Position numbers and translations under genes: made by a program. A DNA stretch of 64,000 nt from Eledone cirrhosa (taxonomy: Eukaryota): assembly GCA_964016885.1 (NCBI GenBank), contig OZ024742.1, positions 1,116,001-1,180,000 on the forward strand, given 5' to 3'. Position 1 is the stretch's first letter; every line of letters starts with the position of its first letter. The notes under the pieces are model-generated. The model saw nothing but the letters and a program-made list of their open reading frames with translations, was not told the DNA's origin and did not search any database. Shown here piece by piece: positions 28,800-45,100 of the stretch.

Positions 28800-31700
28800 A
28801 CAAGACTCACATCAACATTACTGTAGAGCTAGAGATAAAACTAGGCACACATCAACATTACTGTATGGCTATCGATAAAACTAGGCTAACAACAACATTA
28901 CTGTGGAGCTAGAGATAAAACTAGGCTCACATGAATATCACTGTAGAGCCGGAGATAAAACAAGGCTCACAGCAACATTACTGTACAGCCAGAGATAAAA
29001 CTAAGCTCACAACATTACTGTACAGCTATAGATAAAACTAGGCTCACATCAACATTACTGCAGAGCTAGTGATAAAACTAGGCTCACATCAACATTACTG
29101 TAGAGCTAGAGACAAAACTAGGCTCACAGCATTACTGTAAAGGTAGAGATAAAACTAGGCTCACATTCACATTACTGTACAACTAGAGATAAACTAGGCT
29201 CACAACAACACTACTGTACAGCCAGAGATAAAACTAGGCTCACATCAACATTACTGTAGAGCTAGAGATAAAACTAGGCTCACATCAACATTACTCTAGA
29301 GCTAGAGATAAAACTAGGCTCACATCAACATTACTGTATAGCTAGAGATAAAACTAGGCTCACATCAACATTACTGTACCGCTAGAGATAAAACTAGGCT
29401 CACATCAACATTACTGTACCGCTAGAGATAAAACTAGGCTCACATCAACATTACTGTACAGCTAGAGACAAAACTAGGCTCACAACAACATTACTGTACA
29501 ACTCAAGATAAAACTAGGCTCACATCATCATTACTGTACAGCTAGAGATAAAACTAGGTTCACATCAACATTACTGTAGAGCTAGAGATAAAACTAGGCT
29601 CACATCAACATTACTGTACAACTGGAGATAAACTACGCTCACAACAACACTACTGTACAGCCAGAGATAAAACTAGGCTCACATCAACATTACTGTAGAG
29701 CTAGACATAAAACTAGGATCACATCAACATTATTGTAGAGCTAGAGATAAAACTAGGCTCACAACATTACTGTAAAGCTAGAGACAAAACTAGGCTCACA
29801 TTCACATTACTGTACAACTAGAGATAAACTAGGCTCACAACAACATTACTGTACAGCCAGAGATAAAACTAGGCTCCCATCAACATTACTGTAGAGCTAG
29901 AGATACAACTAGGGTCACATCAACATTACTGTAGAGCTAGAGATAAATCTAGGCTCACAACAACATTACTGTAAAGCTAGAGATAAAACTAGGCTCACAT
30001 CAACATTACTCTAGAGCTAGAGATAAAACTAGGCTCACATCAACATTACTGTATAGCTAGAGATAAAACTAGGCTCACATCAACATTACTGTACAGCTAG
30101 AGATAAAACTAGGCTCACATCAACATTACTGTAGAGCTAGAGATAAAACTAGGCTCACAACATTACTGTAAAGCTAGAGACAAAACTAGGCTCACATTCA
30201 CATTACTGTACAGCTAGAGATAAACTTGGCTCACAACATTACTGTACAGCCAGAGATAAAACTAGGCTCACATCAACATTACTGTATAGCTAGAGATAAA
30301 ACTAGGCTCACAACAACATTACTGTAGAGCTAGAGATGAAACTAGGCTCACATCAACATTACTGTAGAGCTAGGGATGAAACTAGGCTCACAACAACATT
30401 ACGGTAGAGCTAGAGATAAAACTAGGCTCACATCAACATTACTGTAGAGCTAGAGATGAAACTAGGCTCACAACAACATTACTGTAGAGCTAGAGATAAA
30501 ATTAGGCTCACATCAACATTACTGTATAGCTAGAGATAAAACTAGGCTCACATCAACATTCCTGTAGAGCTAGAGATAAAACTAGGCTCACGTCAACATT
30601 ACTGTAGAGCTAGAGATAAAACTAGGCTCACATCAACATTACTGTATAGCTATAGATAAAACTAGGCTCACAACAACATTACTGTAGAGCTAGAGATAAA
30701 ACTAGGCTCACAACAACATTACTGAAGAGCTAGAGATACAACTAGGCTCACATCAACATTACTGTAGAGCTAGAGATAAAACTAGGCTCACATCAACATT
30801 ACTGTAGAGCTAGAGATAAAACTAGACTCACAACATTACTGTAAAGCTTGAGACAAAACTAGGCTCACATTCACATTACTGTACAGCTAGAGATAAACTA
30901 GGCTCACAACAACATTACTGTAGAGCTAGAGATGAAACTAGACTCACATCAACATTAGTGTAGAGCTAGGCATGAAACTAGGCTCACAACAACATTACGG
31001 TAGAGCTAGAGATAAAACTAGGCTCACGTCAACATTACTGTAGAGCTAGAGATAAAACTAGGCTCACATCAACATTACTGTAGAGCAGGACATAAAACTT
31101 GGATCACAGCAACATTACTGTAGAGCTAGAGATAAAACTAGGCTCACATCAACATTACTGTAATGCTAGAGATGAAACTAGGCTCCCATCAACATTACTG
31201 TAGAGCTAGAGATAAAACTAGGCTCACATCAACATTACTGTAGAGCTAGAAATAAAACTAGGCTCACATCAACATTACTGTAGAGCTAGAGATAAAACTA
31301 GGCTCACAACATTACTGTAAAGCTAGAGATAAAACTAGGCTCACATCAACATTACTGTAGAGCTAGAGATAAAACTAGGCTCACATCAACATTACTGTAG
31401 AGCTAGAGTTAAAACTAGGCTCACATCAACATTACTGTATAGCTAGAGATAAAACTAGGCTCACATCAACATTACTGTAGAGCTAGAGATAAAACTAGGC
31501 TCACATAAAGGTTACTGTAGAGCTAGACATAAAACTAGGATCACATCAACATTACTGTTGAGCTAGAGATAAAACTAGGATCACATCAACATTACTGTAG
31601 AGCTAGAGATAAAACTAGGCTCACATCAACATTACTGTAGAGCTAGAGATAAAACTAGGCTCCCATCAACATTACTGTAGAGCTAGAGATAAAACTAGGC

Positions 31701-34700
31701 TCACATCAACGTTACTGTAGAGCTAGAGATAAAACTAGGCTCACATCAACATTACTGTAGAGCTAGAGTTAAAACTAGGCTCACATCAACATTACTGTAA
31801 AGCTAGAGATAAAACTAGGCTCACATCAACGTTACTGTAGAGCTAGACATAAAACTAGGATCACATCAACATTACTGTAGAGCTAGAGATAAAACTAGGC
31901 TCACATCAACATTACTGTAGAGCTAAAGATAAAACTAGGCTCCCATCAACATTACTGTAGAGCTAGAGATAAAACTAGGCTAACATCAACATTACTGTAG
32001 AGCTAGAGATAAAACTAGGCTCACATCAACATTACTGTAGAGCTAGAGATAATACTAGGCTCACAACATTACTGTAAAGCTAGAGACAAAACTAGGCTCA
32101 CATTCACGTTACTGTACAGCTAGAGATAAACTAGGCTCACAACAACATTACTGTACAGCCAGAGATAAAACTAGGCACACATCAACATTACTGTATGGCT
32201 ATCGATAAAACTAGGCTAACAACAACATTACTGTGGAGCTAGAGATAAAACTAGGCTCACATGAATATCACTGTAGAGTCGGAGATAAAACAAGGCTCAC
32301 AGCAACATTACTGTACAGCCAGAGATAAAACTAAGCTCACAACATTACTGTACAGCTATAGATAAAACTAGGCTCACATCAACATTATTGCAGAGCTAGA
32401 GATAAAACTAGGCTCACATCAACATTACTGTAGAGCCAGAGACAAAACTAGGCTCACAGCATTACTGTAAAGGTAGAGATAAAACTAGGCTCACATTCAC
32501 ATTACTGTACAACTAGAGATAAACTAGGCTCACAACAACATTACTGTACAGCCAGAGATAAAACTAGGCTTACATCAACATTAATATAGAGCTATAGATA
32601 AAGCTAGGCTCACAACAACATTACTGTAAAACTAGAGATAAAACTAGGCTCACAACATTACTGTACAGCTAGAGATAAAACTAGGCTCACATTCACATTA
32701 CTGTACAGCTAGAGATAAAACTAGGCTCACAACAACATTACTGTACAGCCAGAGATAAAACTAGGCTCACAACAACATTACTGTACAACTAAAGATAAAA
32801 CTAGGCTCACATCATCATTACTGTACAGCTACAGATAAAACTAGGTTCACATCAACATTACTGTAGAGCTAGAGATAAAACTAGGTTCATATCAACATTA
32901 CTGTACAGCTAGAGATAAAACTAGGATCACATTCACATTACTGTACAGCTAGAGATAAAACTAGGCTCACAACAACATTACTGTACAGCCAGAGATAAAA
33001 CTAGGCTCACAACATTACTGTACAACTAAAGATAAAACTAGGCTCACATCATCATTACTGTACAGCTACAGATACAACTAGGCTCACATCAACATTACTG
33101 TAGAGCTAGAGATAAAACTAGGCTCACATCAACATTACTGTAGAGCTAGAGATAAAACTAGACTCACAACATTACTGTAAAGCTTGAGACAAAACTAGGC
33201 TCACATTCACATTACTGTACAGCTAGAGATAAACTAGGCTCACAACAACATTACTGTAGAGCTAGAGATGAAACTAGACTCACATCAACATTAGTGTAGA
33301 GCTAGGCATGAAACTAGGCTCACAACAACATTACGGTAGAGCTAGAGATAAAACTAGGCTCACGTCAACATTACTGTAGAGCTAGAGATAAAACTAGGCT
33401 CACATCAACATTACTGTAGAGCAGGACATAAAACTTGGATCACAGCAACATTACTGTAGAGCTAGAGATAAAACTAGGCTCACATCAACATTACTGTAAT
33501 GCTAGAGATGAAACTAGGCTCCCATCAACATTACTGTAGAGCTAGAGATAAAACTAGGCTCACATCAACATTACTGTAGAGCTAGAAATAAAACTAGGCT
33601 CACATCAACATTACTGTAGAGCTAGAGATAAAACTAGGCTCACAACATTACTGTAAAGCTAGAGATAAAACTAGGCTCACATCAACATTACTGTAGAGCT
33701 AGAGATAAAACTAGGCTCACATCAACATTACTGTAGAGCTAGAGTTAAAACTAGGCTCACATCAACATTACTGTATAGCTAGAGATAAAACTAGGCTCAC
33801 ATCAACATTACTGTAGAGCTAGAGATAAAACTAGGCTCACATAAAGGTTACTGTAGAGCTAGACATAAAACTAGGATCACATCAACATTACTGTTGAGCT
33901 AGAGATAAAACTAGGATCACATCAACATTACTGTAGAGCTAGAGATAAAACTAGGCTCACATCAACATTACTGTAGAGCTAGAGATAAAACTAGGCTCCC
34001 ATCAACATTACTGTAGAGCTAGAGATAAAACTAGGCTCACATCAACGTTACTGTAGAGCTAGAGATAAAACTAGGCTCACATCAACATTACTGTAGAGCT
34101 AGAGTTAAAACTAGGCTCACATCAACATTACTGTAAAGCTAGAGATAAAACTAGGCTCACATCAACGTTACTGTAGAGCTAGACATAAAACTAGGATCAC
34201 ATCAACATTACTGTAGAGCTAGAGATAAAACTAGGCTCACATCAACATTACTGTAGAGCTAAAGATAAAACTAGGCTCCCATCAACATTACTGTAGAGCT
34301 AGAGATAAAACTAGGCTAACATCAACATTACTGTAGAGCTAGAGATAAAACTAGGCTCACATCAACATTACTGTAGAGCTAGAGATAATACTAGGCTCAC
34401 AACATTACTGTAAAGCTAGAGACAAAACTAGGCTCACATTCACGTTACTGTACAGCTAGAGATAAACTAGGCTCACAACAACATTACTGTACAGCCAGAG
34501 ATAAAACTAGGCACACATCAACATTACTGTATGGCTATCGATAAAACTAGGCTAACAACAACATTACTGTGGAGCTAGAGATAAAACTAGGCTCACATGA
34601 ATATCACTGTAGAGTCGGAGATAAAACAAGGCTCACAGCAACATTACTGTACAGCCAGAGATAAAACTAAGCTCACAACATTACTGTACAGCTATAGATA

Positions 34701-37700
34701 AAACTAGGCTCACATCAACATTATTGCAGAGCTAGAGATAAAACTAGGCTCACATCAACATTACTGTAGAGCCAGAGACAAAACTAGGCTCACAGCATTA
34801 CTGTAAAGGTAGAGATAAAACTAGGCTCACATTCACATTACTGTACAACTAGAGATAAACTAGGCTCACAACAACATTACTGTACAGCCAGAGATAAAAC
34901 TAGGCTTACATCAACATTAATATAGAGCTATAGATAAAGCTAGGCTCACAACAACATTACTGTAAAACTAGAGATAAAACTAGGCTCACAACATTACTGT
35001 ACAGCTAGAGATAAAACTAGGCTCACATTCACATTACTGTACAGCTAGAGATAAAACTAGGCTCACAACAACATTACTGTACAGCCAGAGATAAAACTAG
35101 GCTCACAACAACATTACTGTACAACTAAAGATAAAACTAGGCTCACATCATCATTACTGTACAGCTACAGATAAAACTAGGTTCACATCAACATTACTGT
35201 AGAGCTAGAGATAAAACTAGGTTCATATCAACATTACTGTACAGCTAGAGATAAAACTAGGATCACATTCACATTACTGTACAGCTAGAGATAAAATTAG
35301 GCTCACAACAACATTACTATAGAGCTAGAGATAAAACTAGGCTCACATCAACATTACTGTAGAGCTAGAGATAAAACTAGGCTCACATCAACATTACTCT
35401 AGAGCTAGAGATAAAACTAGGCTCACATCAACATTACTGTATAGCTAGAGATAAAACTAGGCTCACATCAACATTACTGTACCGCTAGAGATAAAACTAG
35501 GCTCACATCAACATTACTGTACCGCTAGAGATAAAACTAGGCTCACATCAACATTACTGTACAGCTGGAGACAAAACTAGGCTCACAACAACATTACTGT
35601 ACAACTCAAGATAAAACTAGGCTCACATCATCATTACTGTACAGCTAGAGATAAAACTAGGTTCACATCAACATTACTGTAGAGCTAGAGATAAAACTAG
35701 GCTCACATCAACATTACTGTACAACTGGAGATAAACTACGCTCACAACAACACTACTGTACAGCCAGAGATAAAACTAGGCTCACATCAACATTACTGTA
35801 GAGCTAGACATAAAACTAGGATCACATCAACATTATTGTAGAGCTAGAGATAAAACTAGGCTCACAACATTACTGTAAAGCTAGAGACAAAACTAGGCTC
35901 ACATTCACATTACTGTACAACTAGAGATAAACTAGGCTCACAACAACATTACTGTACAGCCAGAGATAAAACTAGGCTCCCATCAACATTACTGTAGAGC
36001 TAGAGATACAACTAGGGTCACATCAACATTACTGTACAACTGGAGATAAACTACGCTCACAACAACACTACTGTACAGCCAGAGATAAAACTAGGCTCCC
36101 ATCAACATTACTGTAGAGCTAGAGATAAAACTAGGTTCATATCAACATTACTGTACAGCTAGAGATAAAACTAGGATCACATTCACATTACTGTACAGCT
36201 AGAGATAAAACTAGGCTCACAACAACATTACTGTACAGCCAGAGATAAAACTAGGCTCACAACATTACTGTACAACTAAAGATAAAACTAGGCTCACATC
36301 ATCATTACTGTACAGCTACAGATACAACTAGGCTCACATCAACATTACTGTAGAGCTAGAGATAAAACTAGGCTCACATCAACATTACTGTAGAGCTAGA
36401 GATAAAACTAGACTCACAACATTACTGTAAAGCTTGAGACAAAACTAGGCTCACATTCACATTACTGTACAGCTAGAGATAAACTAGGCTCACAACAACA
36501 TTACTGTAGAGCTAGAGATGAAACTAGACTCACATCAACATTAGTGTAGAGCTAGGCATGAAACTAGGCTCACAACAACATTACGGTAGAGCTAGAGATA
36601 AAACTAGGCTCACGTCAACATTACTGTAGAGCTAGAGATAAAACTAGGCTCACATCAACATTACTGTAGAGCAGGACATAAAACTTGGATCACAGCAACA
36701 TTACTGTAGAGCTAGAGATAAAACTAGGCTCACATCAACATTACTGTAATGCTAGAGATGAAACTAGGCTCCCATCAACATTACTGTAGAGCTAGAGATA
36801 AAACTAGGCTCACATCAACATTACTGTAGAGCTAGAAATAAAACTAGGCTCACATCAACATTACTGTAGAGCTAGAGATAAAACTAGGCTCACAACATTA
36901 CTGTAAAGCTAGAGATAAAACTAGGCTCACATCAACATTACTGTAGAGCTAGAGATAAAACTAGGCTCACATCAACATTACTGTAGAGCTAGAGTTAAAA
37001 CTAGGCTCACATCAACATTACTGTATAGCTAGAGATAAAACTAGGCTCACATCAACATTACTGTAGAGCTAGAGATAAAACTAGGCTCACATAAAGGTTA
37101 CTGTAGAGCTAGACATAAAACTAGGATCACATCAACATTACTGTTGAGCTAGAGATAAAACTAGGATCACATCAACATTACTGTAGAGCTAGAGATAAAA
37201 CTAGGCTCACATCAACATTACTGTAGAGCTAGAGATAAAACTAGGCTCCCATCAACATTACTGTAGAGCTAGAGATAAAACTAGGCTCACATCAACGTTA
37301 CTGTAGAGCTAGAGATAAAACTAGGCTCACATCAACATTACTGTAGAGCTAGAGTTAAAACTAGGCTCACATCAACATTACTGTAAAGCTAGAGATAAAA
37401 CTAGGCTCACATCAACGTTACTGTAGAGCTAGACATAAAACTAGGATCACATCAACATTACTGTAGAGCTAGAGATAAAACTAGGCTCACATCAACATTA
37501 CTGTAGAGCTAAAGATAAAACTAGGCTCCCATCAACATTACTGTAGAGCTAGAGATAAAACTAGGCTAACATCAACATTACTGTAGAGCTAGAGATAAAA
37601 CTAGGCTCACATCAACATTACTGTAGAGCTAGAGATAATACTAGGCTCACAACATTACTGTAAAGCTAGAGACAAAACTAGGCTCACATTCACGTTACTG

Positions 37701-40700
37701 TACAGCTAGAGATAAACTAGGCTCACAACAACATTACTGTACAGCCAGAGATAAAACTAGGCACACATCAACATTACTGTATGGCTATCGATAAAACTAG
37801 GCTAACAACAACATTACTGTGGAGCTAGAGATAAAACTAGGCTCACATGAATATCACTGTAGAGTCGGAGATAAAACAAGGCTCACAGCAACATTACTGT
37901 ACAGCCAGAGATAAAACTAAGCTCACAACATTACTGTACAGCTATAGATAAAACTAGGCTCACATCAACATTATTGCAGAGCTAGAGATAAAACTAGGCT
38001 CACATCAACATTACTGTAGAGCCAGAGACAAAACTAGGCTCACAGCATTACTGTAAAGGTAGAGATAAAACTAGGCTCACATTCACATTACTGTACAACT
38101 AGAGATAAACTAGGCTCACAACAACATTACTGTACAGCCAGAGATAAAACTAGGCTTACATCAACATTAATATAGAGCTATAGATAAAGCTAGGCTCACA
38201 ACAACATTACTGTAAAACTAGAGATAAAACTAGGCTCACAACATTACTGTACAGCTAGAGATAAAACTAGGCTCACATTCACATTACTGTACAGCTAGAG
38301 ATAAAACTAGGCTCACAACAACATTACTGTACAGCCAGAGATAAAACTAGGCTCACAACAACATTACTGTACAACTAAAGATAAAACTAGGCTCACATCA
38401 TCATTACTGTACAGCTACAGATAAAACTAGGTTCACATCAACATTACTGTAGAGCTAGAGATAAAACTAGGTTCATATCAACATTACTGTACAGCTAGAG
38501 ATAAAACTAGGATCACATTCACATTACTGTACAGCTAGAGATAAAACTAGGCTCACAACAACATTACTATAGAGCTAGAGATAAAACTAGGCTCACATCA
38601 ACATTACTGTAGAGCTAGAGATAAAACTAGGCTCACATCAACATTACTCTAGAGCTAGAGATAAAACTAGGCTCACATCAACATTACTGTATAGCTAGAG
38701 ATAAAACTAGGCTCACATCAACATTACTGTACCGCTAGAGATAAAACTAGGCTCACATCAACATTACTGTACCGCTAGAGATAAAACTAGGCTCACATCA
38801 ACATTACTGTACAGCTGGAGACAAAACTAGGCTCACAACAACATTACTGTACAACTCAAGATAAAACTAGGCTCACATCATCATTACTGTACAGCTAGAG
38901 ATAAAACTAGGTTCACATCAACATTACTGTAGAGCTAGAGATAAAACTAGGCTCACATCAACATTACTGTACAACTGGAGATAAACTACGCTCACAACAA
39001 CACTACTGTACAGCCAGAGATAAAACTAGGCTCACATCAACATTACTGTAGAGCTAGACATAAAACTAGGATCACATCAACATTATTGTAGAGCTAGAGA
39101 TAAAACTAGGCTCACAACATTACTGTAAAGCTAGAGACAAAACTAGGCTCACATTCACATTACTGTACAACTAGAGATAAACTAGGCTCACAACAACATT
39201 ACTGTACAGCCAGAGATAAAACTAGGCTCCCATCAACATTACTGTAGAGCTAGAGATACAACTAGGGTCACATCAACATTACTGTAGAGCTAGAGATAAA
39301 TCTAGGCTCACAACAACATTACTGTAAAGCTAGAGATAAAACTAGGCTCACATCAACATTACTCTAGAGCTAGAGATAAAACTAGGCTCACATCAACATT
39401 ACTCTAGAGCTAGAGATAAAACTAGGCTCACATCAACATTACTGTACAGCTAGAGATAAAACTAGGCTCACATCAACATTACTGTAGAGCTAGAGATAAA
39501 ACTAGGCTCACAACATTACTGTAAAGCTAGAGACAAAACTAGGCTCACATTCACATTACTGTACAGCTAGAGATAAACTTGGCTCACAACATTACTGTAC
39601 AGCCAGAGATAAAACTAGGCTCACATCAACATTACTGTATAGCTAGAGATAAAACTAGGCTCACAACAACATTACTGTAGAGCTAGAGATGAAACTAGGC
39701 TCACATCAACATTACTGTAGAGCTAGGGATGAAACTAGGCTCACAACAACATTACGGTAGAGCTAGAGATAAAACTAGGCTCACATCAACATTACTGTAG
39801 AGCTAGAGATGAAACTAGGCTCACAACAACATTACTGTAGAGCTAGAGATAAAATTAGGCTCACATCAACATTACTGTATAGCTAGAGATAAAACTAGGC
39901 TCACATCAACATTCCTGTAGAGCTAGAGATAAAACTAGGCTCACGTCAACATTACTGTAGAGCTAGAGATAAAACTAGGCTCACATCAACATTACTGTAT
40001 AGCTATAGATAAAACTAGGCTCACAACAACATTACTGTAGAGCTAGGGATAAAACTAGGCTCACAACAACATTACTGAAGAGCTAGAGATACAACTAGGC
40101 TCACATCAACATTACTGTAGAGCTAGAGATAAAACTAGGCTCACATCAACATTACTGTAGAGCTAGAGATAAAACTAGGCTCACAACATTACTGTAAAGC
40201 TTGAGACAAAACTAGGCTCACATTCACATTACTGTACAGCTAGAGATAAACTAGGCTCACAACAACATTACTGTAGAGCTAGAGATGAAACTAGACTCAC
40301 ATCAACATTAGTGTAGAGCTAGGCATGAAACTAGGCTCACAACAACATTACGGTAGAGCTAGAGATAAAACTAGGCTCACGTCAACATTACTGTAGAGCT
40401 AGAGATAAAACTAGGCTCACATCAACATTACTGTAGAGCAGGACATAAAACTTGGATCACAGCAACATTACTGTAGAGCTAGAGATAAAACTAGGCTCAC
40501 ATCAACATTACTGTAATGCTAGAGATGAAACTAGGCTCCCATCAACATTACTGTAGAGCTAGAGATAAAACTAGGCTCACATCAACATTACTGTAGAGCT
40601 AGAAATAAAACTAGGCTCACATCAACATTACTGTAGAGCTAGAGATAAAACTAGGCTCACAACATTACTGTAAAGCTAGAGATAAAACTAGGCTCACATC

Positions 40701-42000
40701 AACATTACTGTAGAGCTAGAGATAAAACTAGGCTCACATCAACATTACTGTAGAGCTAGAGTTAAAACTAGGCTCACATCAACATTACTGTATAGCTAGA
40801 GATAAAACTAGGCTCAAATCAACATTACTGTAGAGCTAGAGATAAAACTAGGCTCACATCAACGTTACTGTAGAGCTAGACATAAAACTAGGATCACATC
40901 AACATTACTGTAGAGCTAGAGATAAAACTAGGCTCACATCAACATTACTGTAGAGCTAAAGATAAAACTAGGCTCCCATCAACATTACTGTAGAGCTAGA
41001 GATAAAACTAGGCTAACATCAACATTACTGTAGAGCTAGAGATAAAACTAGGCTCACATCAACATTACTGTAGAGCTAGAGATAATACTAGGCTCACAAC
41101 ATTACTGTAAAGCTAGAGACAAAACTAGGCTCACATTCACGTTACTGTACAGCTAGAGATAAACTAGGCTCACAACAACATTACTGTACAGCCAGAGATA
41201 AAACTAGGCACACATCAACATTACTGTATGGCTATCGATAAAACTAGGCTAACAACAACATTACTGTGGAGCTAGAGATAAAACTAGGCTCACATGAATA
41301 TCACTGTAGAGTCGGAGATAAAACAAGGCTCACAGCAACATTACTGTACAGCCAGAGATAAAACTAAGCTCACAACATTACTGTACAGCTATAGATAAAA
41401 CTAGGCTCACATCAACATTATTGCAGAGCTAGAGATAAAACTAGGCTCACATCAACATTACTGTAGAGCCAGAGACAAAACTAGGCTCACAGCATTACTG
41501 TAAAGGTAGAGATAAAACTAGGCTCACATTCACATTACTGTACAACTAGAGATAAACTAGGCTCACAACAACATTACTGTACAGCCAGAGATAAAACTAG
41601 GCTTACATCAACATTAATATAGAGCTATAGATAAAGCTAGGCTCACAACAACATTACTGTAAAACTAGAGATAAAACTAGGCTCACAACATTACTGTACA
41701 GCTAGAGATAAAACTAGGCTCACATTCACATTACTGTACAGCTAGAGATAAAACTAGGCTCACAACAACATTACTGTACAGCCAGAGATAAAACTAGGCT
41801 CACAACAACATTACTGTACAACTAAAGATAAAACTAGGCTCACATCATCATTACTGTACAGCTACAGATAAAACTAGGTTCACATCAACATTACTGTAGA
41901 GCTAGAGATAAAACTAGGTTCATATCAACATTACTGTACAGCTAGAGATAAAACTAGGATCACATTCACATTACTGTACAGCTAGAGATAAAACTAGGCT
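28800..42000. repeat. Central cluster of 4-5 related multi-kb units (periods 2336, 3250 and about 3450-3770 bp)
   Basis: ATGGCTATCGATA at 28865, 32195, 34531, 37781 and 41228. GCAGGACATAAAACTTGG at 31085, 33421, 36671 and 40438. ATAAAGGTTA at 31505, 33841 and 37091. Confidence 0.92.
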
Positions 42001-42199
42001 CACAACAACATTACTGTAGAGCTAGAGATAAAACTAGGCTCACATCAACATTACTGTAGAACTAGAGATAAAACTAGGCTCACAACATTACTGTAGAGCT
42101 GGAGATAAAACTAGGCTCACAACAACATTACTGTAGAGCTAGAGATAAAACTAGGCTCACATCAACATTACTGTAGAGCTAGATATAAAACTAGGCTCA

Positions 42200-45100
42200 C
42201 ATCAACATTACTGTACAGCTAGAGATAAAACTAGGCTCACATCAACATTACTGTAGAGCTAGAGATAAAACTAGGCTCACAACAACATTACTGTACAGCC
42301 AGAGATAAAGCTACGCTCACATCAACATTACTGTAGTGCTAGAGATAAAACTAGGCTCACAACAACATTACTGTACAGCTAGAGATAAAACTAGGCTCAC
42401 ATCAACATTACTGTACAGCTAGAGATAAAACTAGGCTCACATCAACATTACTGTAGGGCTAGGGATAAAACTAGGCTCACAACAACATTACTGTATAGCT
42501 AGAGATAAAACTAAGCTCACATCAACATTACTGTAGAGCTAGAGATAAAACTAGGCTCACAACATTACTGTAGAGCTAGAGATAAAACTAGGCTAACAAC
42601 AACATTACTGGAGAGCTGGAGATAAAACTAGGCTCACATCAACATTAGTGTAGAGCTAGAGATAAAACTAGGCTCACATCAACATTACTGTAGAGCTAGA
42701 GATAAAACTAGGCTCACATCAACACTACTGTACAGCAAGATATAAAACTAGGCTCACATCAACATTACTGTAGAGCTAGATATAAAACTAGGCTCACATC
42801 AACATTACTGTAGAGCTAGAGATAAAACTAGGCTCACATCAACATTACTGTAGAGCTAGACATAAAACTAAGCTCACATCAACATTACTGTATAGCTATA
42901 GATAAAACTAGGCTCACAACAACATTACTGTAGAGCTAGAGATAAAACTAGGCTCACAACAACATTACTGTAGAGCTGGAGATAAAACTAGGCTCACATC
43001 AACATTAGTGTAGAGCTAGAGATAAAACTAGGCTCACATCAACATTACTGTAGAGCTAGAGATAAAACTAGGCTCACATCAACACTACTGTACAGCAAGA
43101 TATAAAACTAGGCTCACATCAACATTACTGTAGAGCTAGAGATAAAACTAGGCTCACATCAACATTACTGTACAGCTAGATATAAAACTAGGCTCACATC
43201 AACATTACTGTAGAGCTAGAGATAAAACTAGGCTGACATCAACATTACTGTAGAGCTAGAGATAAAACTAGGCTCACATCAACATTACTGTAGAGCTAGA
43301 GATAAAACTAGGCTCACATCAACATTACTGTATAGCTATAGATAAAACTAGGCTCACAACAACATTACTGTAGAGCTAGAGATAAAACTAGGCTCACAAC
43401 AACATTACTGTAGAGCTAGAGATAAAACTAGGCTCACATCAACATTACTGTAGAGCTATAGATAAAACTAGGCTCACATCAACATTACTGTACAGCTAGA
43501 GATAAAACTAGGCTCACATCAACATTACTGTAGAGCTAGAGATAAAACTAGGCTCACATCAACATTCCTGTTGAGCTAGAGATAAAACTAGGCTCACATC
43601 AACATTACTATAGAGCTAGAGATAAAACTAGGCTCACATCAACATTACTGTAGAACTAGAGGTAAAACTAGTCTCACAACAACATTACTGTACAGCCAGA
43701 GATAAAGCTAGTCTCACATCAACATTACTGTAGTGCTAGAGATAAAACTAGGCTCACAACAACATTACTGTACAGCTAGAGATAAAACTAGGCTCACATC
43801 AACATTACTGTACAGCTAGAGATAAAACTAGGCGCACATCAACATTACTGTAGAGCTAGAGATAAAACTAGGCTGACATCAACATTACTGTAGAGCTAGA
43901 GATAAAACTAGGCTCACATCAACATTACTGTAGAGCTATAGATAAAACTAGGCTCACATCAACATTACTGTATAGCTATAGATAAAACTAGGCTCACAAC
44001 AACATTACTGTAGAGCTATAGATAAGACTAGGCTCACATCAACATTACTGTATAGCTATAGATAAAACTAGGCTCACAACAACATTACTGTAGAGCTATA
44101 GATAAAACTAGGCTCACATCAACATTACTGTCGAGATAGAGATAAAATTGGCTCACATCAACATTACTGTAGAGCTATAGATAAAGCTAGGCTCACAACA
44201 ACATTACTGTACAATTAGAGATAAAACTAGGCTCACAACATTACTGTAGAGCTAGAGATAAAACTAGGCTCACATGAACATCAATGTAGAGCCGGAGATA
44301 AAACAAGGCTCACAACAACATTACGGTACAACTAGAGATAAAACTAGGCTCACATCAATATTAATATAGAGCTATAGATAAAGCTAGGCTCACAACAACA
44401 TTACTGTACAACTAGAGATAAAACTAGGCTCACAACATTACTGTAGAGCTAGAGATAAAACTAGGCTCACATGAACATCACTGTAGAGCCGGAGATAAAA
44501 CAAGGCTCACAACAACATTACTGTACAGCTATAGATAAAACTAGGCTCACATCAACATTACTGTACAGCTAGAGATAAAAGTAGGCTCACATCAACATTA
44601 CTGTAGAGCTAGAGATAAAAGTAGGCTCACAGCATTACTGTAAAGGTAGAGATAAAACTAGGCTCACATTCACATTACTGTACAACTAGAGATAAACTAG
44701 GCTCACAACAACATTACTGTACAGCCAGAGATAAAACTAGGCTCACATCAACATTACTGGAGAGCCGGAGATAAAACAAGGCTCACAACAACATTACGGT
44801 ACAACTAGAGATAAAACTAGGCTCACATCAACATTAATATAGAGCTATAGATAAAGCTAGTCTCACAACAACATTACTGTAAAATTAGAGATAAAACTAG
44901 GCTCACAACATTACTGTACAGCTAGAGATAAAACTAGGCTCACATTCACATTACTGTACAGCTAGAGATAAAACTGGGCTCACAACAACATTACTGTACA
45001 GCCAGAGATAAGACTAGGCACACATCAACATTACTGTAGGGCTAGAGATAAAACTAGGCTCACATCAACATTACTGTACAGCGATAGATAAAACTAGGCT

